Notes: generated by a model not told the origin, from the sequence alone. A stretch of DNA of 64,000 nt from Candidatus Micrarchaeota archaeon (GCA_016932815.1 JAFGCC010000014.1:80129-144128); one strand, 5' to 3'; counted from the stretch's first letter, positions 8,760 to 18,540 are shown. Translations and numbers: made by a program.

Positions 8760-9002
8760 TCAAACACCAATTGTAGCTTCAATCACTTTGAGCTGCCTCA
8801 GGTAGCTATTTAGATGCGCCCTGAGGGCAACCGAATCCTCCGCGTGGATTTTTATGCAGAGGGTTTTGCCGCGCACGCAGACGCTTGCGCGGGCCCGCTT
8901 TGCAGAATCCTCACGCCCAAGGGCAGAAAGCGCGTTTTCCGCCTCTTTAACCGAGGGGAAAACGAACTCCAGGCTGCCTGAGCACTCCATGGGGATTCGC
9001 AC
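8760..9002 (-). CDS. pcc1: KEOPS complex subunit Pcc1
   Basis: IHAEDSVALRAHLNSYLRQLKV motif; conserved synteny. Confidence 0.88.
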   Translation of the reverse strand: MRIPMECSGSLEFVFPSVKEAENALSALGREDSAKRARASVCVRGKTLCIKIHAEDSVALRAHLNSYLRQLKVIEATIGV

Positions 9003-9140
9003 CTAGTCCGTTCCGAGTTCCTTTGCTATTGGCGGGCGGGTCTTGAATAGGACCTTTGCGCCGGTCGAGGGGAACTCAAACGTCTTGAGGTTGGAGATTA
9101 TTACCTTGTTTCCGGTTTCCCATTCGCGGTATTCTCCCAT
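9003..9140 (-). CDS. rpoP: RNA polymerase subunit P (Rpo12), cysteine-free variant
   Basis: Manually translated 45 aa MGEYREWETGNKVIISNLKTFEFPSTGAKVLFKTRPPIAKELGTD; keeps Y...G, P..G and (I/V)LFKxRPP; exactly fills the canonical rpl37ae-rpoP slot. Confidence 0.8.
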   Translation of the reverse strand: MGEYREWETGNKVIISNLKTFEFPSTGAKVLFKTRPPIAKELGTD

Positions 9141-9143
9141 TGC

Positions 9144-9386
9144 TCATTCACCCGCTCCTTCCTTTGCGACCATCCTGCGCGCACTCTGCCCGGTGGGGGT
9201 GCTGAGGCTGTATGCGCCTCCTGCAATCTTTGCGCCGCACGAGTTGCACTTCCAGAGCGCATAGGAAATCCTCTTTACGGATTTCTTGCCGCACTTGGGG
9301 CACTCATACGAATCCAGCTTCTTGGAGGTGGCGGCTCCTGCGAGCTTCCTTATCCTCCTTCCGTACCTGGGGGTCTTTGTCACCAT
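9144..9386 (-). CDS. rpl37ae: 50S ribosomal protein L37ae (eL43)
   Basis: RYGRRIRK, CPKC...WKCNSC, GGAY. Confidence 0.96.
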   Translation of the reverse strand: MVTKTPRYGRRIRKLAGAATSKKLDSYECPKCGKKSVKRISYALWKCNSCGAKIAGGAYSLSTPTGQSARRMVAKEGAGE

Positions 9387-9397
9387 TCATCTCACCT

Positions 9398-10186
9398 TCA
9401 CAAATATTTCCTTAGTTCATCCGATTTCTCAAATGCAATGTCGGTTAGCGCGAGCACCTCGTCGCGCGTTATTGAAGACGCGCCGGATTTCTGGATGCTC
9501 GAAACCTTTCCCTCAACCGTGCCGAGGGTTATCGCCATGTCCTGTGCGTGCTCTTCCTCGATTGAGGGGTCCATCAGGAAATTCTTCCCCACTTTTATAA
9601 AGGAAGTGGTAAGGGGCTTGTACTTCATTTCCAGGGGGCCCGCGCTCTCGTTGCGGATGATTGCGCCATCTTCCACCTTGGGCATCTTCGCATCCAAGAG
9701 TGCGCCGCACGCTGCAAGGGCGGCGGTGTCCATCATGTTCCCGCGCTGGTCAAGGACCCAGAGGTCTATGAAGAGCCCAAGAACTTTTCCTTCTTCTATG
9801 AAGAAATTCTTTACGTCGATTACTTCTGCGCTCCTGATTCCGCGGTCAACCACCCTTGCAAGCTCTATTGATTCCTCGCTTGGGGGCCCCGGCTCGAATA
9901 CCGGGGATGCAAAGGGCACGAATTCCGCTCCGGTCATGAACACTCCCTCTTCTGGGCGGTCCGCAAACGGAGTCATTATGTCGAACTTCACTGCCGCAAG
10001 CACCTTGGTGCCGCCGATTTCGGCAAGCGCGGAGCCTTCGGCGCTATCCAGAACGCCCTTGTCAACGCGCACCGCCCTCCAGTCGTTTAGGCCCCTCTCG
10101 TCAAAGCGGGCGCCCTCCTCCAACTGGTTCTGCAGGAAATCCTTGCGGACTTCGCGGAGTATCTTGATTTTCGTTTCTTCTCCCAT
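9398..10186 (-). CDS. rrp42: Exosome complex component Rrp42
   Basis: RNase PH fold; AEGSA, FEPGPP, ELARVVDRGIR. Confidence 0.95.
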   Translation of the reverse strand: MGEETKIKILREVRKDFLQNQLEEGARFDERGLNDWRAVRVDKGVLDSAEGSALAEIGGTKVLAAVKFDIMTPFADRPEEGVFMTGAEFVPFASPVFEPGPPSEESIELARVVDRGIRSAEVIDVKNFFIEEGKVLGLFIDLWVLDQRGNMMDTAALAACGALLDAKMPKVEDGAIIRNESAGPLEMKYKPLTTSFIKVGKNFLMDPSIEEEHAQDMAITLGTVEGKVSSIQKSGASSITRDEVLALTDIAFEKSDELRKYL

Positions 10187-10198
10187 TCAAATCACCTT

Positions 10199-10936
10199 TT
10201 ATAGCCTGAGCTTCCCGCGCTCGTGCGCGCTCTCATACGACTTGCGCAGGGCTTGTGCCTGGAGCTCGTAAACCTTTTCGCAGGCCTCGATTCCCTCATC
10301 GAGGTTCCGTGCAAGCTCTTCGCGGGTAAGGAGGCCGTCCATCTGGAGGAGGACCAGCTCCTTGCCCTTGCTCGTTATCGCCATTGGGACATCGGACTCT
10401 CCGTAGTTGTCCTCGTCTTTTCCCAAGTCCACTACCAGCTGGCCGTCCAACTTTCCCACTGCGACCCCGGAAACCATCTCCTTCATGGGGATTCCCGCAT
10501 CCGCAAGCGCAACCGCGGCCGCGGTCAGGGCGCTTACCCTGGTTCCGCCTTCTGCCTGGAGCACTTCCACGTAGACGTCAATCTGCGTCTTGGGGAACTG
10601 GTTTAGCATCACTACCGGCTCAAATGCCTCGCGGAGCACTTTGGAAATTTCCCTGCTCCTGCGGTTTGGGCCGCTGCGCCCGTGCTCGCTCTTTGAGCAG
10701 AAAGGCGCCATCGTGTAGCGCACTTTCAGCAGCGCCTTGTAGGGGTCTGCCCCGTGCTTGGGGATGCATTCGCGCGGGCCATAAACGCCTGCTACGACCT
10801 TGTTGCCGCCCCATTCCACGTATGCGGAACCGGAGGCTTCCTCAAGCACTCCCGCCTCAATCTTGAGCGGGCGGAGCTCCTTGGGAGTCCTTCCGTCAAT
10901 CCTTTTTCCGTCTTTAAACAATTCCGGCTTATCCAT
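10199..10936 (-). CDS. rrp41: Exosome complex exonuclease Rrp41
   Basis: RIDGR, GSAY, VYGPRE, RRSREIS, AEGGTR, EDNYGESD. Confidence 0.97.
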   Translation of the reverse strand: MDKPELFKDGKRIDGRTPKELRPLKIEAGVLEEASGSAYVEWGGNKVVAGVYGPRECIPKHGADPYKALLKVRYTMAPFCSKSEHGRSGPNRRSREISKVLREAFEPVVMLNQFPKTQIDVYVEVLQAEGGTRVSALTAAAVALADAGIPMKEMVSGVAVGKLDGQLVVDLGKDEDNYGESDVPMAITSKGKELVLLQMDGLLTREELARNLDEGIEACEKVYELQAQALRKSYESAHERGKLRL

Positions 10937-10941
10937 TCAAA

Positions 10942-11730
10942 TCAACCCTGAAAACAGTCTTGGTCAAAACAATCTTTCGTGTGCTTTCCGCCGCCATGGG
11001 CAACGGAAGTGTCCTCCCTTTCCCCCTCGCTGGATTCTCCGCGGGGGCGGGGCTCGCCCTCCCCATAATCTTCATGGGAGGGTTTGCTGCGCTCTCCTGG
11101 CTCGTCCCTGCTGGGTGCGGAAACGTTCCCCCCATTCTCGTTGAGGTAGTTTACCACCGCATCGGTCAGTCCCTGGGTGTGCGCATTCCTGATTATGAAT
11201 TGTATCGTCTTTAGGGCCAGCTGCAGGTTTCCCTTGCCGCCTATCCAGATGTACCCGTTGTTGCCTACGAAAATCGAGCATCCGGTTCCATCGCGCACGA
11301 CATTGAGCATGCTGCTGCGCTTGCCTATTATGCGCGGGACCTTTGAGGCCGGGACGCTCACTATCTTCCCAAGGGGAAGCCTCTTTGCGTCTGTTAGGTC
11401 AACGTTGCCAACTTCGTCTACGAACTTCACCCTGCCGTATATGAGGTCTCCCTGCTTGAAGCTCACCCTGGTGAACTTGGAGCTGATAAAGCCGTTTTGC
11501 GCAAGGTTCATGTCCACTATGTAGCCTGAGTGCCTAACGTCGGTTACTATGCCCACGGTGTTGTCTCCGGGCTTTGCCGCATAGACCATCTCCAGGGGGA
11601 CGAACTTGTCGTTCCTCATCATGCCCAGCACGGTCGCGTAGGTCCTGCCCCCTTCCACATACGTGTTCGGGACTCTTGTTTCCTCTTCCCAGAGAAGCTC
11701 TCCGGGCATTACGATTTTTTCCATTTGCAT
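10942..11730 (-). CDS. rrp4: Exosome RNA-binding protein Rrp4 (S1+KH)
   Basis: IVMPGE, KVPRIIGKRSSM, VGNNGYIWI, AHTQGLTD. Confidence 0.95.
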   Translation of the reverse strand: MQMEKIVMPGELLWEEETRVPNTYVEGGRTYATVLGMMRNDKFVPLEMVYAAKPGDNTVGIVTDVRHSGYIVDMNLAQNGFISSKFTRVSFKQGDLIYGRVKFVDEVGNVDLTDAKRLPLGKIVSVPASKVPRIIGKRSSMLNVVRDGTGCSIFVGNNGYIWIGGKGNLQLALKTIQFIIRNAHTQGLTDAVVNYLNENGGNVSAPSRDEPGERSKPSHEDYGEGEPRPRGESSEGEREDTSVAHGGGKHTKDCFDQDCFQG

Positions 11731-11735
11731 TGCAC

Positions 11736-12428
11736 CTATTCAACTTTTTTGGTTTCGGCCTCTCCGGCCGTAAGCTTGTTTATGCGGTCTAGGAACTCCC
11801 CCTGCATTCCCGCGGGGATTTCCACGACCACTACGAGGTGGCCATCCTTTAGCCACTGCTCCTTTTTTATTCCGTAAATCTTGAGTGTCCCGTATGCCCG
11901 GTGCGAATATGCGGGCGGGACTTTTACCGCTATCTTGAACTTTTCGAACTTCATGGGGATTAGGGGGCGGAGCTTCTTTAGGAGCTCGTCCATCTGCGCC
12001 TTTGCGTCCTTGAACGGGTCCACGTGGAAGCGCACTTCCTCCATCGCGTTTTCTATGCGGAGGGGGGGAATCGGGGCGCCTGTTCTTACATCCACCGCCT
12101 CGCGGCAAATCATGTCGATTATCTGCTTGCGCTTGTCTGTGACTTTTGACTTCCTCTGCTCGGTCGTTAATTGGACGCTGCCTTTTTCCAGGGCGATTTT
12201 GAGGACTTCCTGCATGTCGGTTGTCCCGAATGCTTTTTGGACATCCGAGCTCCTTGCGCGGGTGCCTTTCTTGGCGTTCTCATATACTTCATCTACTACT
12301 AAGATGTTCTTTAGGTCGCGCTTTCCCCCATCCAGGTACATGTAAGCTGGCGCTGGGTCCACGTATAGCTCAAAGTGCTTTCCCTCTTTGTCGTATGAGG
12401 CGATAATCGCCTTGTCCAGGCTTGCCAT
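11736..12428 (-). CDS. Ribosome maturation protein SBDS/Sdo1
   Basis: HFELYVDP, AFGTTD, QLTTEQR, PPLRIENAM; start at MASLDKA (12428). Confidence 0.95.
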   Translation of the reverse strand: MASLDKAIIASYDKEGKHFELYVDPAPAYMYLDGGKRDLKNILVVDEVYENAKKGTRARSSDVQKAFGTTDMQEVLKIALEKGSVQLTTEQRKSKVTDKRKQIIDMICREAVDVRTGAPIPPLRIENAMEEVRFHVDPFKDAKAQMDELLKKLRPLIPMKFEKFKIAVKVPPAYSHRAYGTLKIYGIKKEQWLKDGHLVVVVEIPAGMQGEFLDRINKLTAGEAETKKVE

Positions 12429-12710
12429 ATTTCCCACGTTGTTGCTTAAAGCATCAAACAATGACACTTTTCTCAAGTGCCGCCAAAAATGAGCAGGCGG
12501 TTTTGTTTTCACTCAGACTCTTTAATTTATTATAGATGTGTTTATAAACGTTGCTAATTGCCCCCTTCCGGTTTGCATGGGCATTTTGCGCATAAATATG
12601 TTGGCGTGGCGAAGAAGGGCGGGCGGGGGCTTTCCCCCTTCTTCCATTTTTCCATCCTGCCGAGGGCAGCCGGCATAAGCTTTTTATCCGTTGCCACAGA
12701 AACGGGAGGT

Positions 12711-15518
12711 ATGTTCAGGAATAACTTGGCCATATTGTTTTTTGTGTTGATTGTGTCTTCGGCTTCTTTTGCCATAACCCACACCTGTGGAATCATCAAC
12801 GAGTCGGGCGAATATACGCTCAACGAAAGCCTCCAAGGCCTGGGAACCCCTGTTAGCGGGTTCAGCATAGGGGATAGTTGCATAACCATACAAACGAGCA
12901 ACGTAACTCTTGACTGCGACGGGTTCAACATATCCTGCGAAATTTGCCTCTCAGACGCCATAGGGATAGCGGTAAACGGCTCCGCTTCGGAACCCCGCAC
13001 CAACATAACAATCAGGAACTGCCCCGGAATCAACAATTACGATTACGGGATTGCGCTCAAGTACGTGTATAATAGCACGATACAAAACAGCACCATGCTC
13101 AACAGCTCAGCCTCCACGGATTATGGGCTCCACATGGAAAACTGCTCCGGTGTAAATGTTACCAACAACACCTTCTACAATAACGGCAACGGAATAGACA
13201 TGAACTATTCTTACTCTAACGATGTTTTCAACAATACCTTCTTTTCAAACAACAATGACGTGTTCATGGAGGAGTGCGACTACAACGACATTATAGACAA
13301 CGTATTTTCCCTTAGCGACAACGGAATTTATCCATATTCCTCAGACCACAACTTCATTGCAAACAATACGCTGTCCTCAATGAGCAGCTACGCGATAGAC
13401 CCTGAGGTATCCAACTACAATAGGATAATAGAGAACATCATCCATAATGCATATGTGGGAATTAGCCTGTATGACCAATGCTACTACAATTTTATCTACA
13501 ACAACACCATTGAGGGCTCGGATGAGGGCATTGAGCTGTATGAATATACCAATTACAACAACGTGACCCAAAACGTAATAGAAGGTGGAACTTACGGAGT
13601 ATACGGATACCTGGCAAGCGGAAACAGGCTCGTGGACAACGAGATATACGAGAACACGGATTATGGGGTTTATTTTGAGGAAGCTTGCTCCAACAACACC
13701 CTCCTAAACAACACCGTGCGCAACCAGACCGACGAAAACGGAGTCTACATGGATGCAGGCTCCAATGGGAACAACCTCACGAACAATACGATGTACGGAC
13801 AGGACTATTCCATTAACATCCGCCATGGCAGGGATAATAGGATATGGGGCAACCACATCTGGGATTCGTATATCGGAGTAGAATTTTATTTTACGAACTC
13901 CAGCTACATATACGAAAACGAGATTAATACGACCGAAGAATCGATTGAGATTGACTGGGGATACAACAACAGCGTGGAGAACAACACAATCCGTGACAGC
14001 CCGTGTGACGGGATATATTTCAACAATGCCAACGGCACGGATATCCTCAACAACGTTATATCCAATTCCGAGTGCGAGGGGATATACATCTCGTCCTTCA
14101 CTTCGGGCATTGTTATTGCAAACAACACGGTAAGCGGAAGCGATTATGACGAAATATGCCTATACCGTGTAGAGAATATCGTGATTGCAGACAACGTTGC
14201 CTACAACGGGCGTGTGTCTAACATTTACTTAGGGCGCTCCAACAACATTACTGTAATCAACAATACATTATACGGTGGTGGTGCCGCATTCTACCTGAAC
14301 GAGAGCAACTACACGATAACCGAAAACGAAATCCGCGGGCCAGACGGAACCCGCACGGAATACAATCTTCTCTCGGCAGAAGACGTCATGACTATTGAGG
14401 CGTACTCGATAAACTGGAGCGGTTCCCCTTCTTCCTTCCCAAGCGGGAAGGCATCCTTTGAAGGCAAGCTACTGAACATAACGACCGTTGCGGGAAGCCC
14501 GAGCATAGACACGATTTCCTGGCTCTGGCTTGATTCGGAAAGCTCCGGACATGATGAGGATACGTTTGAACTCTGGATGTACAACGGCTCGGACTGGTCG
14601 CTTTTGAATGACACTCCAGACACGTCATCCAATATGTTGACCAACTACTCCCTCTCTCCTGCGAGCATATATGGAATCCTAGAGGATTCTAGCTCATCCG
14701 GAGAGGCGGAAGGCAATGACGTGGATGATTATGAGTGCATGACTTCCTCGGACTGCGATGAGTGCTATATCTGCAGCGGCCATGAGTGCGTGCTTCCATC
14801 CGGCTCGTGCGCAACTGCCTCCGATTGTTCAGGGGGATACCCGTTCTACAACTGCGAGGAGTGCTCCTGCGCAGGATACCAATGCAACGTTGATTCCGAT
14901 TGCAACGGGGAAGGATATTCCTGCGAGAACGGGGCGTGCATACCCCCGGAGTGTGTAGAAAATGAGGACTGCAAAGGGCTGGGGCTAAAATACTACTGCA
15001 GCCCGGGCTATGAATGCGTGCTTGGCGAATGCTACACGAGCGCAGACTGCATTGCAGGCTCAACCTGCTCCAATTACGTTTGCATCCCGCCCGAATGCAC
15101 AATTGACGATAATTGCGGGCCGGGAAAGATGTGCGAGAACTACAAATGCGTTCCCGGTGAATGCAGGACGAACGCAGACTGCGATGAAGGGTTCTACTGC
15201 GATAACAGGGTTTGCCAGAAAGACATAACGCCCGGCGGAACAGGCGGAAGCGGCGGGGGCTCTTCCGGAGGCTCCGGTGGAACCGGGGCTGCGCATGTTC
15301 CTCCTCCTGGAACTGAGGGGGAAAACGCTACCCAGCAGATGCAGCAGGGCTTCCCGTTCCTTGAAGGGGACAGCTCCGGTGCGGGAATCCTGCCGGATGT
15401 AGTATTTAGCGAGGAAACGAGGATTTCAAGCGGATGGATAATCCTCTTCTTCCTGGTGCTTGGGGGCGCTGTTTACTTCCTGCACAATAAAAGGAAGGCG
15501 AGGGTGGAGAAGGAATAG
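12711..15518 (+). CDS. Secreted, membrane-anchored surface protein: right-handed beta-helix (NosD/CASH-like), Cys-rich repeats, Gly linker, C-terminal TM
   Basis: Signal peptide MFRNNLAILFFVLIVSSASFA; many GI.L...NN.I.NN repeats; seven CxxxxDC/NC units; TM helix followed by HNKRKAR. Confidence 0.88.
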   Translation: MFRNNLAILFFVLIVSSASFAITHTCGIINESGEYTLNESLQGLGTPVSGFSIGDSCITIQTSNVTLDCDGFNISCEICLSDAIGIAVNGSASEPRTNITIRNCPGINNYDYGIALKYVYNSTIQNSTMLNSSASTDYGLHMENCSGVNVTNNTFYNNGNGIDMNYSYSNDVFNNTFFSNNNDVFMEECDYNDIIDNVFSLSDNGIYPYSSDHNFIANNTLSSMSSYAIDPEVSNYNRIIENIIHNAYVGISLYDQCYYNFIYNNTIEGSDEGIELYEYTNYNNVTQNVIEGGTYGVYGYLASGNRLVDNEIYENTDYGVYFEEACSNNTLLNNTVRNQTDENGVYMDAGSNGNNLTNNTMYGQDYSINIRHGRDNRIWGNHIWDSYIGVEFYFTNSSYIYENEINTTEESIEIDWGYNNSVENNTIRDSPCDGIYFNNANGTDILNNVISNSECEGIYISSFTSGIVIANNTVSGSDYDEICLYRVENIVIADNVAYNGRVSNIYLGRSNNITVINNTLYGGGAAFYLNESNYTITENEIRGPDGTRTEYNLLSAEDVMTIEAYSINWSGSPSSFPSGKASFEGKLLNITTVAGSPSIDTISWLWLDSESSGHDEDTFELWMYNGSDWSLLNDTPDTSSNMLTNYSLSPASIYGILEDSSSSGEAEGNDVDDYECMTSSDCDECYICSGHECVLPSGSCATASDCSGGYPFYNCEECSCAGYQCNVDSDCNGEGYSCENGACIPPECVENEDCKGLGLKYYCSPGYECVLGECYTSADCIAGSTCSNYVCIPPECTIDDNCGPGKMCENYKCVPGECRTNADCDEGFYCDNRVCQKDITPGGTGGSGGGSSGGSGGTGAAHVPPPGTEGENATQQMQQGFPFLEGDSSGAGILPDVVFSEETRISSGWIILFFLVLGGAVYFLHNKRKARVEKE

Positions 15519-15577
15519 GCGCAGGGATAAAAAACTCCCTGTGCCCGATTCCCTGCCTTTTTCCCCTTTTCTTTTTG
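15518..15577 (+). terminator. Hairpin plus pyrimidine tract after the surface-protein gene
   Basis: GGCGCAGGGA...TCCCTGTGCC stem followed by CCTTTTTCCCCTTTTCTTTTT. Confidence 0.5.
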
Positions 15578-15687
15578 CGGGCGCCAGGTAGCTCCCCCGG
15601 CGACTAGTTTATAAATATTTCTATGAACAAGATTATCTCAACAGTCAATTTCTGCCCGCAAGCACTGCTGGTAGCAGGAGGGATTGA

Positions 15688-16323
15688 ATGGAAAGGAAGA
15701 AACTACTAGAAGGCATCGAAAAGATGCTAGAGGAAAAAGGAAGCAGGAAATTCACGCAGTCAGTGGAACTTGTATTGAATTTCCGCGGCATTGATTTCTC
15801 CAAGCCGGAGAACAGGCTCAACCTGGACATCGCGCTCCCCAACGGGAAAGGCGGAAAGGAGCCAAAGGTTGTGGTCATTGCAGATGCGGACATGGGCGCA
15901 ACCGCCAAGAAAGCGGGAGCGGACAAGGTCCTCTCCGCAGACGAACTTGCAGAATACAAGGCCGACCAGCCCAAGCTAAAGAAGCTTGTTTCCGAATCCG
16001 TGTTCCTGGCCCAGCCCAACCTTATTGGGCAGGTGGCAAAGAACTTCGGGCAGTTCCTCGCAGTAAGGGGAAAGATGGCAAAGCCCCTGGTTGGGAACCC
16101 CGAGAACGCTATAAAGGCGGCAAAGCGCTCTGTGCGCCTTACCTCCAAGGGAAAGTATATGCCCGTTGCGCAGGCTCTTGTGGGCTCCGAGAACATGGAC
16201 GCCAAGGAGCTTGCAGAAAACATCGAGGCGGTATATGATGCCGTAAAGAACAAGGCCGGCGCTTCAAGCGTGAAATCCGCATACCTAAAACTTACAATGG
16301 GCAAGGCGGTACAGGTCATGTGA
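15688..16323 (+). CDS. rpl1: 50S ribosomal protein L1
   Basis: RKFTQSVELVLNF, LPNG, YLKLTMG; TATA-like TTTATAAATA near 15608. Confidence 0.96.
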   Translation: MERKKLLEGIEKMLEEKGSRKFTQSVELVLNFRGIDFSKPENRLNLDIALPNGKGGKEPKVVVIADADMGATAKKAGADKVLSADELAEYKADQPKLKKLVSESVFLAQPNLIGQVAKNFGQFLAVRGKMAKPLVGNPENAIKAAKRSVRLTSKGKYMPVAQALVGSENMDAKELAENIEAVYDAVKNKAGASSVKSAYLKLTMGKAVQVM

Positions 16324-16333
16324 GGTGGGAGAA

Positions 16334-17356
16334 ATGAGCAAAGACACTAAAAACGCTAAAAAGGCATCCAAGGCGCAGCCTGGGAAGGGGGAACCCCACG
16401 AGCGGCCCGCAATTGCAAGGAAGAAGGCTCAGGTCGAGGAGTTCAAGAAGGAGTTCTCCGAATCCAAGAACATCGTGGTCTTAGACCTTAGGAAACTTCC
16501 GGACAAGCTCCTCCAGGGCATGAGGAAGAAACTGCGCGAGAACGGAACCAGGATACGCATGGCGAAATCCACGGTCCTAAAGCGCGCGCTTGAGAGCGCG
16601 GGCAAGCCAAAGGAGCTAATCGACCTCTTTGATAAGCCCGCGGCAATCATCTTCAGCCAGATGAGCCCGTATGAGGTAAACAAATTCCTAAAGAGCAACA
16701 CCATGGACGTTGCGGCAAAGCCGGGGCAGATTGCGCCTAGCGACATAATCGTTCCCGCAGGGGAAACCAGCCTGCCTCCGGGGCCTGCGCTCTCGGAGCT
16801 CAAGGCAGCGGGAATCAACGCCCAGATTAGGGGGCCCAAGATTTCGGTGGCAAAGGACTCTACCGTCGTAAAGGCGGGAGAGGAGATTACCCTGGAGAAG
16901 GCGAAGGCGCTCCAGACTTTGGGCTTTAAGCCGTTCAAGGTGAATGCGAACATACTCCTTGCATACGATGGCGAATACGTGTATTCTCCGGAACTCCTGG
17001 ATATCTCCGCTGAGGCCCTTGCACCGGAATTCGCAACTTCGCTGCGCGACGCGTTCAACATGTCGGTAAATGCCGCATACCCAAGCGAGCAGAACATAGA
17101 GCTCCTTGTGGTGGAAGCGTTCAGGCAGGGAATGAATGCCGGGATAAACGGCGAAATTTACTCTCCGGAATCCATAGAGCAGCTTCTCGCCCGCTCCATT
17201 CGGGGTGGGCTGGCTCTATCGGAGCTCAATTTGGAGGCGGCGGCACCTTCGAAAGAAGAGCCTGCTGCGGCAAAGGCTCCCAAGGAGGAACCGAAAGCCG
17301 AAACTTCTCCCGATGCTTCTGCGGGAGAGGAAAAGAAACCGGAGGAATCCGGATAA
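16334..17356 (+). CDS. rplP0: 50S ribosomal protein L10 (P0)
   Basis: AKPGQIAPSDIIVPAGETSLPPGPALSELKAAGI motif; operon with rpl1/rpl12. Confidence 0.96.
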   Translation: MSKDTKNAKKASKAQPGKGEPHERPAIARKKAQVEEFKKEFSESKNIVVLDLRKLPDKLLQGMRKKLRENGTRIRMAKSTVLKRALESAGKPKELIDLFDKPAAIIFSQMSPYEVNKFLKSNTMDVAAKPGQIAPSDIIVPAGETSLPPGPALSELKAAGINAQIRGPKISVAKDSTVVKAGEEITLEKAKALQTLGFKPFKVNANILLAYDGEYVYSPELLDISAEALAPEFATSLRDAFNMSVNAAYPSEQNIELLVVEAFRQGMNAGINGEIYSPESIEQLLARSIRGGLALSELNLEAAAPSKEEPAAAKAPKEEPKAETSPDASAGEEKKPEESG

Positions 17357-17374
17357 AACAAAAGGTGAATGAAA

Positions 17375-17698
17375 ATGGCTAAAGTAGACCCATATTTGCA
17401 CGCCGTGCTTCTTCTGCATGGCGCTGGGAAGGAAGTTTCCCAGGAAGGGATTGTAGCTGTCATGAAGGCGGCCGGAGCAGAGGCAGACGATGCCAAGGCG
17501 AAGGTCCTCTCCGAGGCAGTAAAGGGAGTAGACTTCGAGGAGCTCCTCAAGAACGTGGCAACCGTTGCGGCAGCGCCTGCGGCGGCACCTGCAGCCGGGG
17601 CAGCGCCTGCGGCAGCGGCAAAGCCGGAAGAAGAGGAAGTTTCCGAAGAAAAGAAGGAAGAGCAGGCAGCTGAAGGCCTTGCGAACCTCTTTGGATGA
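17375..17698 (+). CDS. rpl12: 50S ribosomal protein L12 (P1)
   Basis: YLHAVLLLH, Ala-rich hinge, EEQAAEGLANLFG C-terminus. Confidence 0.96.
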   Translation: MAKVDPYLHAVLLLHGAGKEVSQEGIVAVMKAAGAEADDAKAKVLSEAVKGVDFEELLKNVATVAAAPAAAPAAGAAPAAAAKPEEEEVSEEKKEEQAAEGLANLFG

Positions 17699-17719
17699 AT
17701 TTAACTCTCTTATTTAATT

Positions 17720-17750
17720 CCTTTTTTTTATTTTTCTTTTATCTCTTTTC
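17720..17750 (+). terminator. Oligo-T archaeal terminator after rpl12
   Basis: CTTTTTTTTATTTTTCTTTTATCTCTTTTC between convergent genes. Confidence 0.6.
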
Positions 17751-17769
17751 CAAGTTTTGTTCGGCTAGA

Positions 17770-18540
17770 TTATAGGATTTCCTTTCCCTTTAGCTCGTTG
17801 CCGCGGATTACCGTGTAGCCTAGCGACTTGTCGGTGAGGGAAACGAGTATTGCGGATTCTCCGTCCTTTATGGCGAGCCAGGAGTGGCTCTCGCTTTTTC
17901 CATAGCCGAATTCGGGGTGCCTGCACTCCCTCCCTAAGGCTTCTGCGAGGTTTATCCCCACCCTTTGCTCCCTGCGTATTACAAAGAGGGTTTTGGGGGT
18001 GCAGATTGCCGCAGCGTCCTTGTCCACTACGGTGCATGAGATTGGAAGCGTGTGCCCGGGTTTTGCCCCCGCGCCCAATTCAACCTGCGCGCTGCGGCGC
18101 ACGCCTTCCTCGTTTATGAATACGTAGGCGCCTGCGGGAAAATCAAGGAGCAAAAAATTCTTTCCGATTGCGCTTGCGCAATAGCTTTCGGAGAGGGCAA
18201 AACCAAGGGGGTAATCCTGGGAATAAACCCCGAATGCCTCTTTTTCAAGTACCAATTCCAGCAGGACGACCTTCTTTGAGCCTGGATTTAGTATGTAGGC
18301 AAAATAGTCGCCATCCCCCGCGCTGCAGGCAATTAGCTTTGCCTTTGGGTGGAGGGGGCCTGTTTCAAAATCGTTTGGGTTTATGATTTGGAGGAGCCCT
18401 TTTTTAGGGTTTTTGAGCCCGATCATCCCGGAATCCACTTCTATTATTAGTTCGCCCACTTTTTCGGAAGCGCAGACTTCCCCGCGGGAGTAGGAGGATA
18501 CCCAGGATTCTAGCATCTTCCAGCTTACATGCTCATCCAT
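17770..18540 (-). CDS. Hypothetical protein (beta-rich)
   Basis: Long ORF; GGAGG precedes ATG at 18540; no recognised motif. Confidence 0.6.
   Translation of the reverse strand: MDEHVSWKMLESWVSSYSRGEVCASEKVGELIIEVDSGMIGLKNPKKGLLQIINPNDFETGPLHPKAKLIACSAGDGDYFAYILNPGSKKVVLLELVLEKEAFGVYSQDYPLGFALSESYCASAIGKNFLLLDFPAGAYVFINEEGVRRSAQVELGAGAKPGHTLPISCTVVDKDAAAICTPKTLFVIRREQRVGINLAEALGRECRHPEFGYGKSESHSWLAIKDGESAILVSLTDKSLGYTVIRGNELKGKEIL

Noticed and set aside
15600-15690. Absence of rpl11 before rpl1
   Set aside because: Separation of rpl11 from the L1-L10-L12 operon is known in several archaeal lineages
17566-17620. GCGGCAGCGCCT-type tandem repeats
   Set aside because: Simply encode the normal Ala/Pro hinge of ribosomal protein L12
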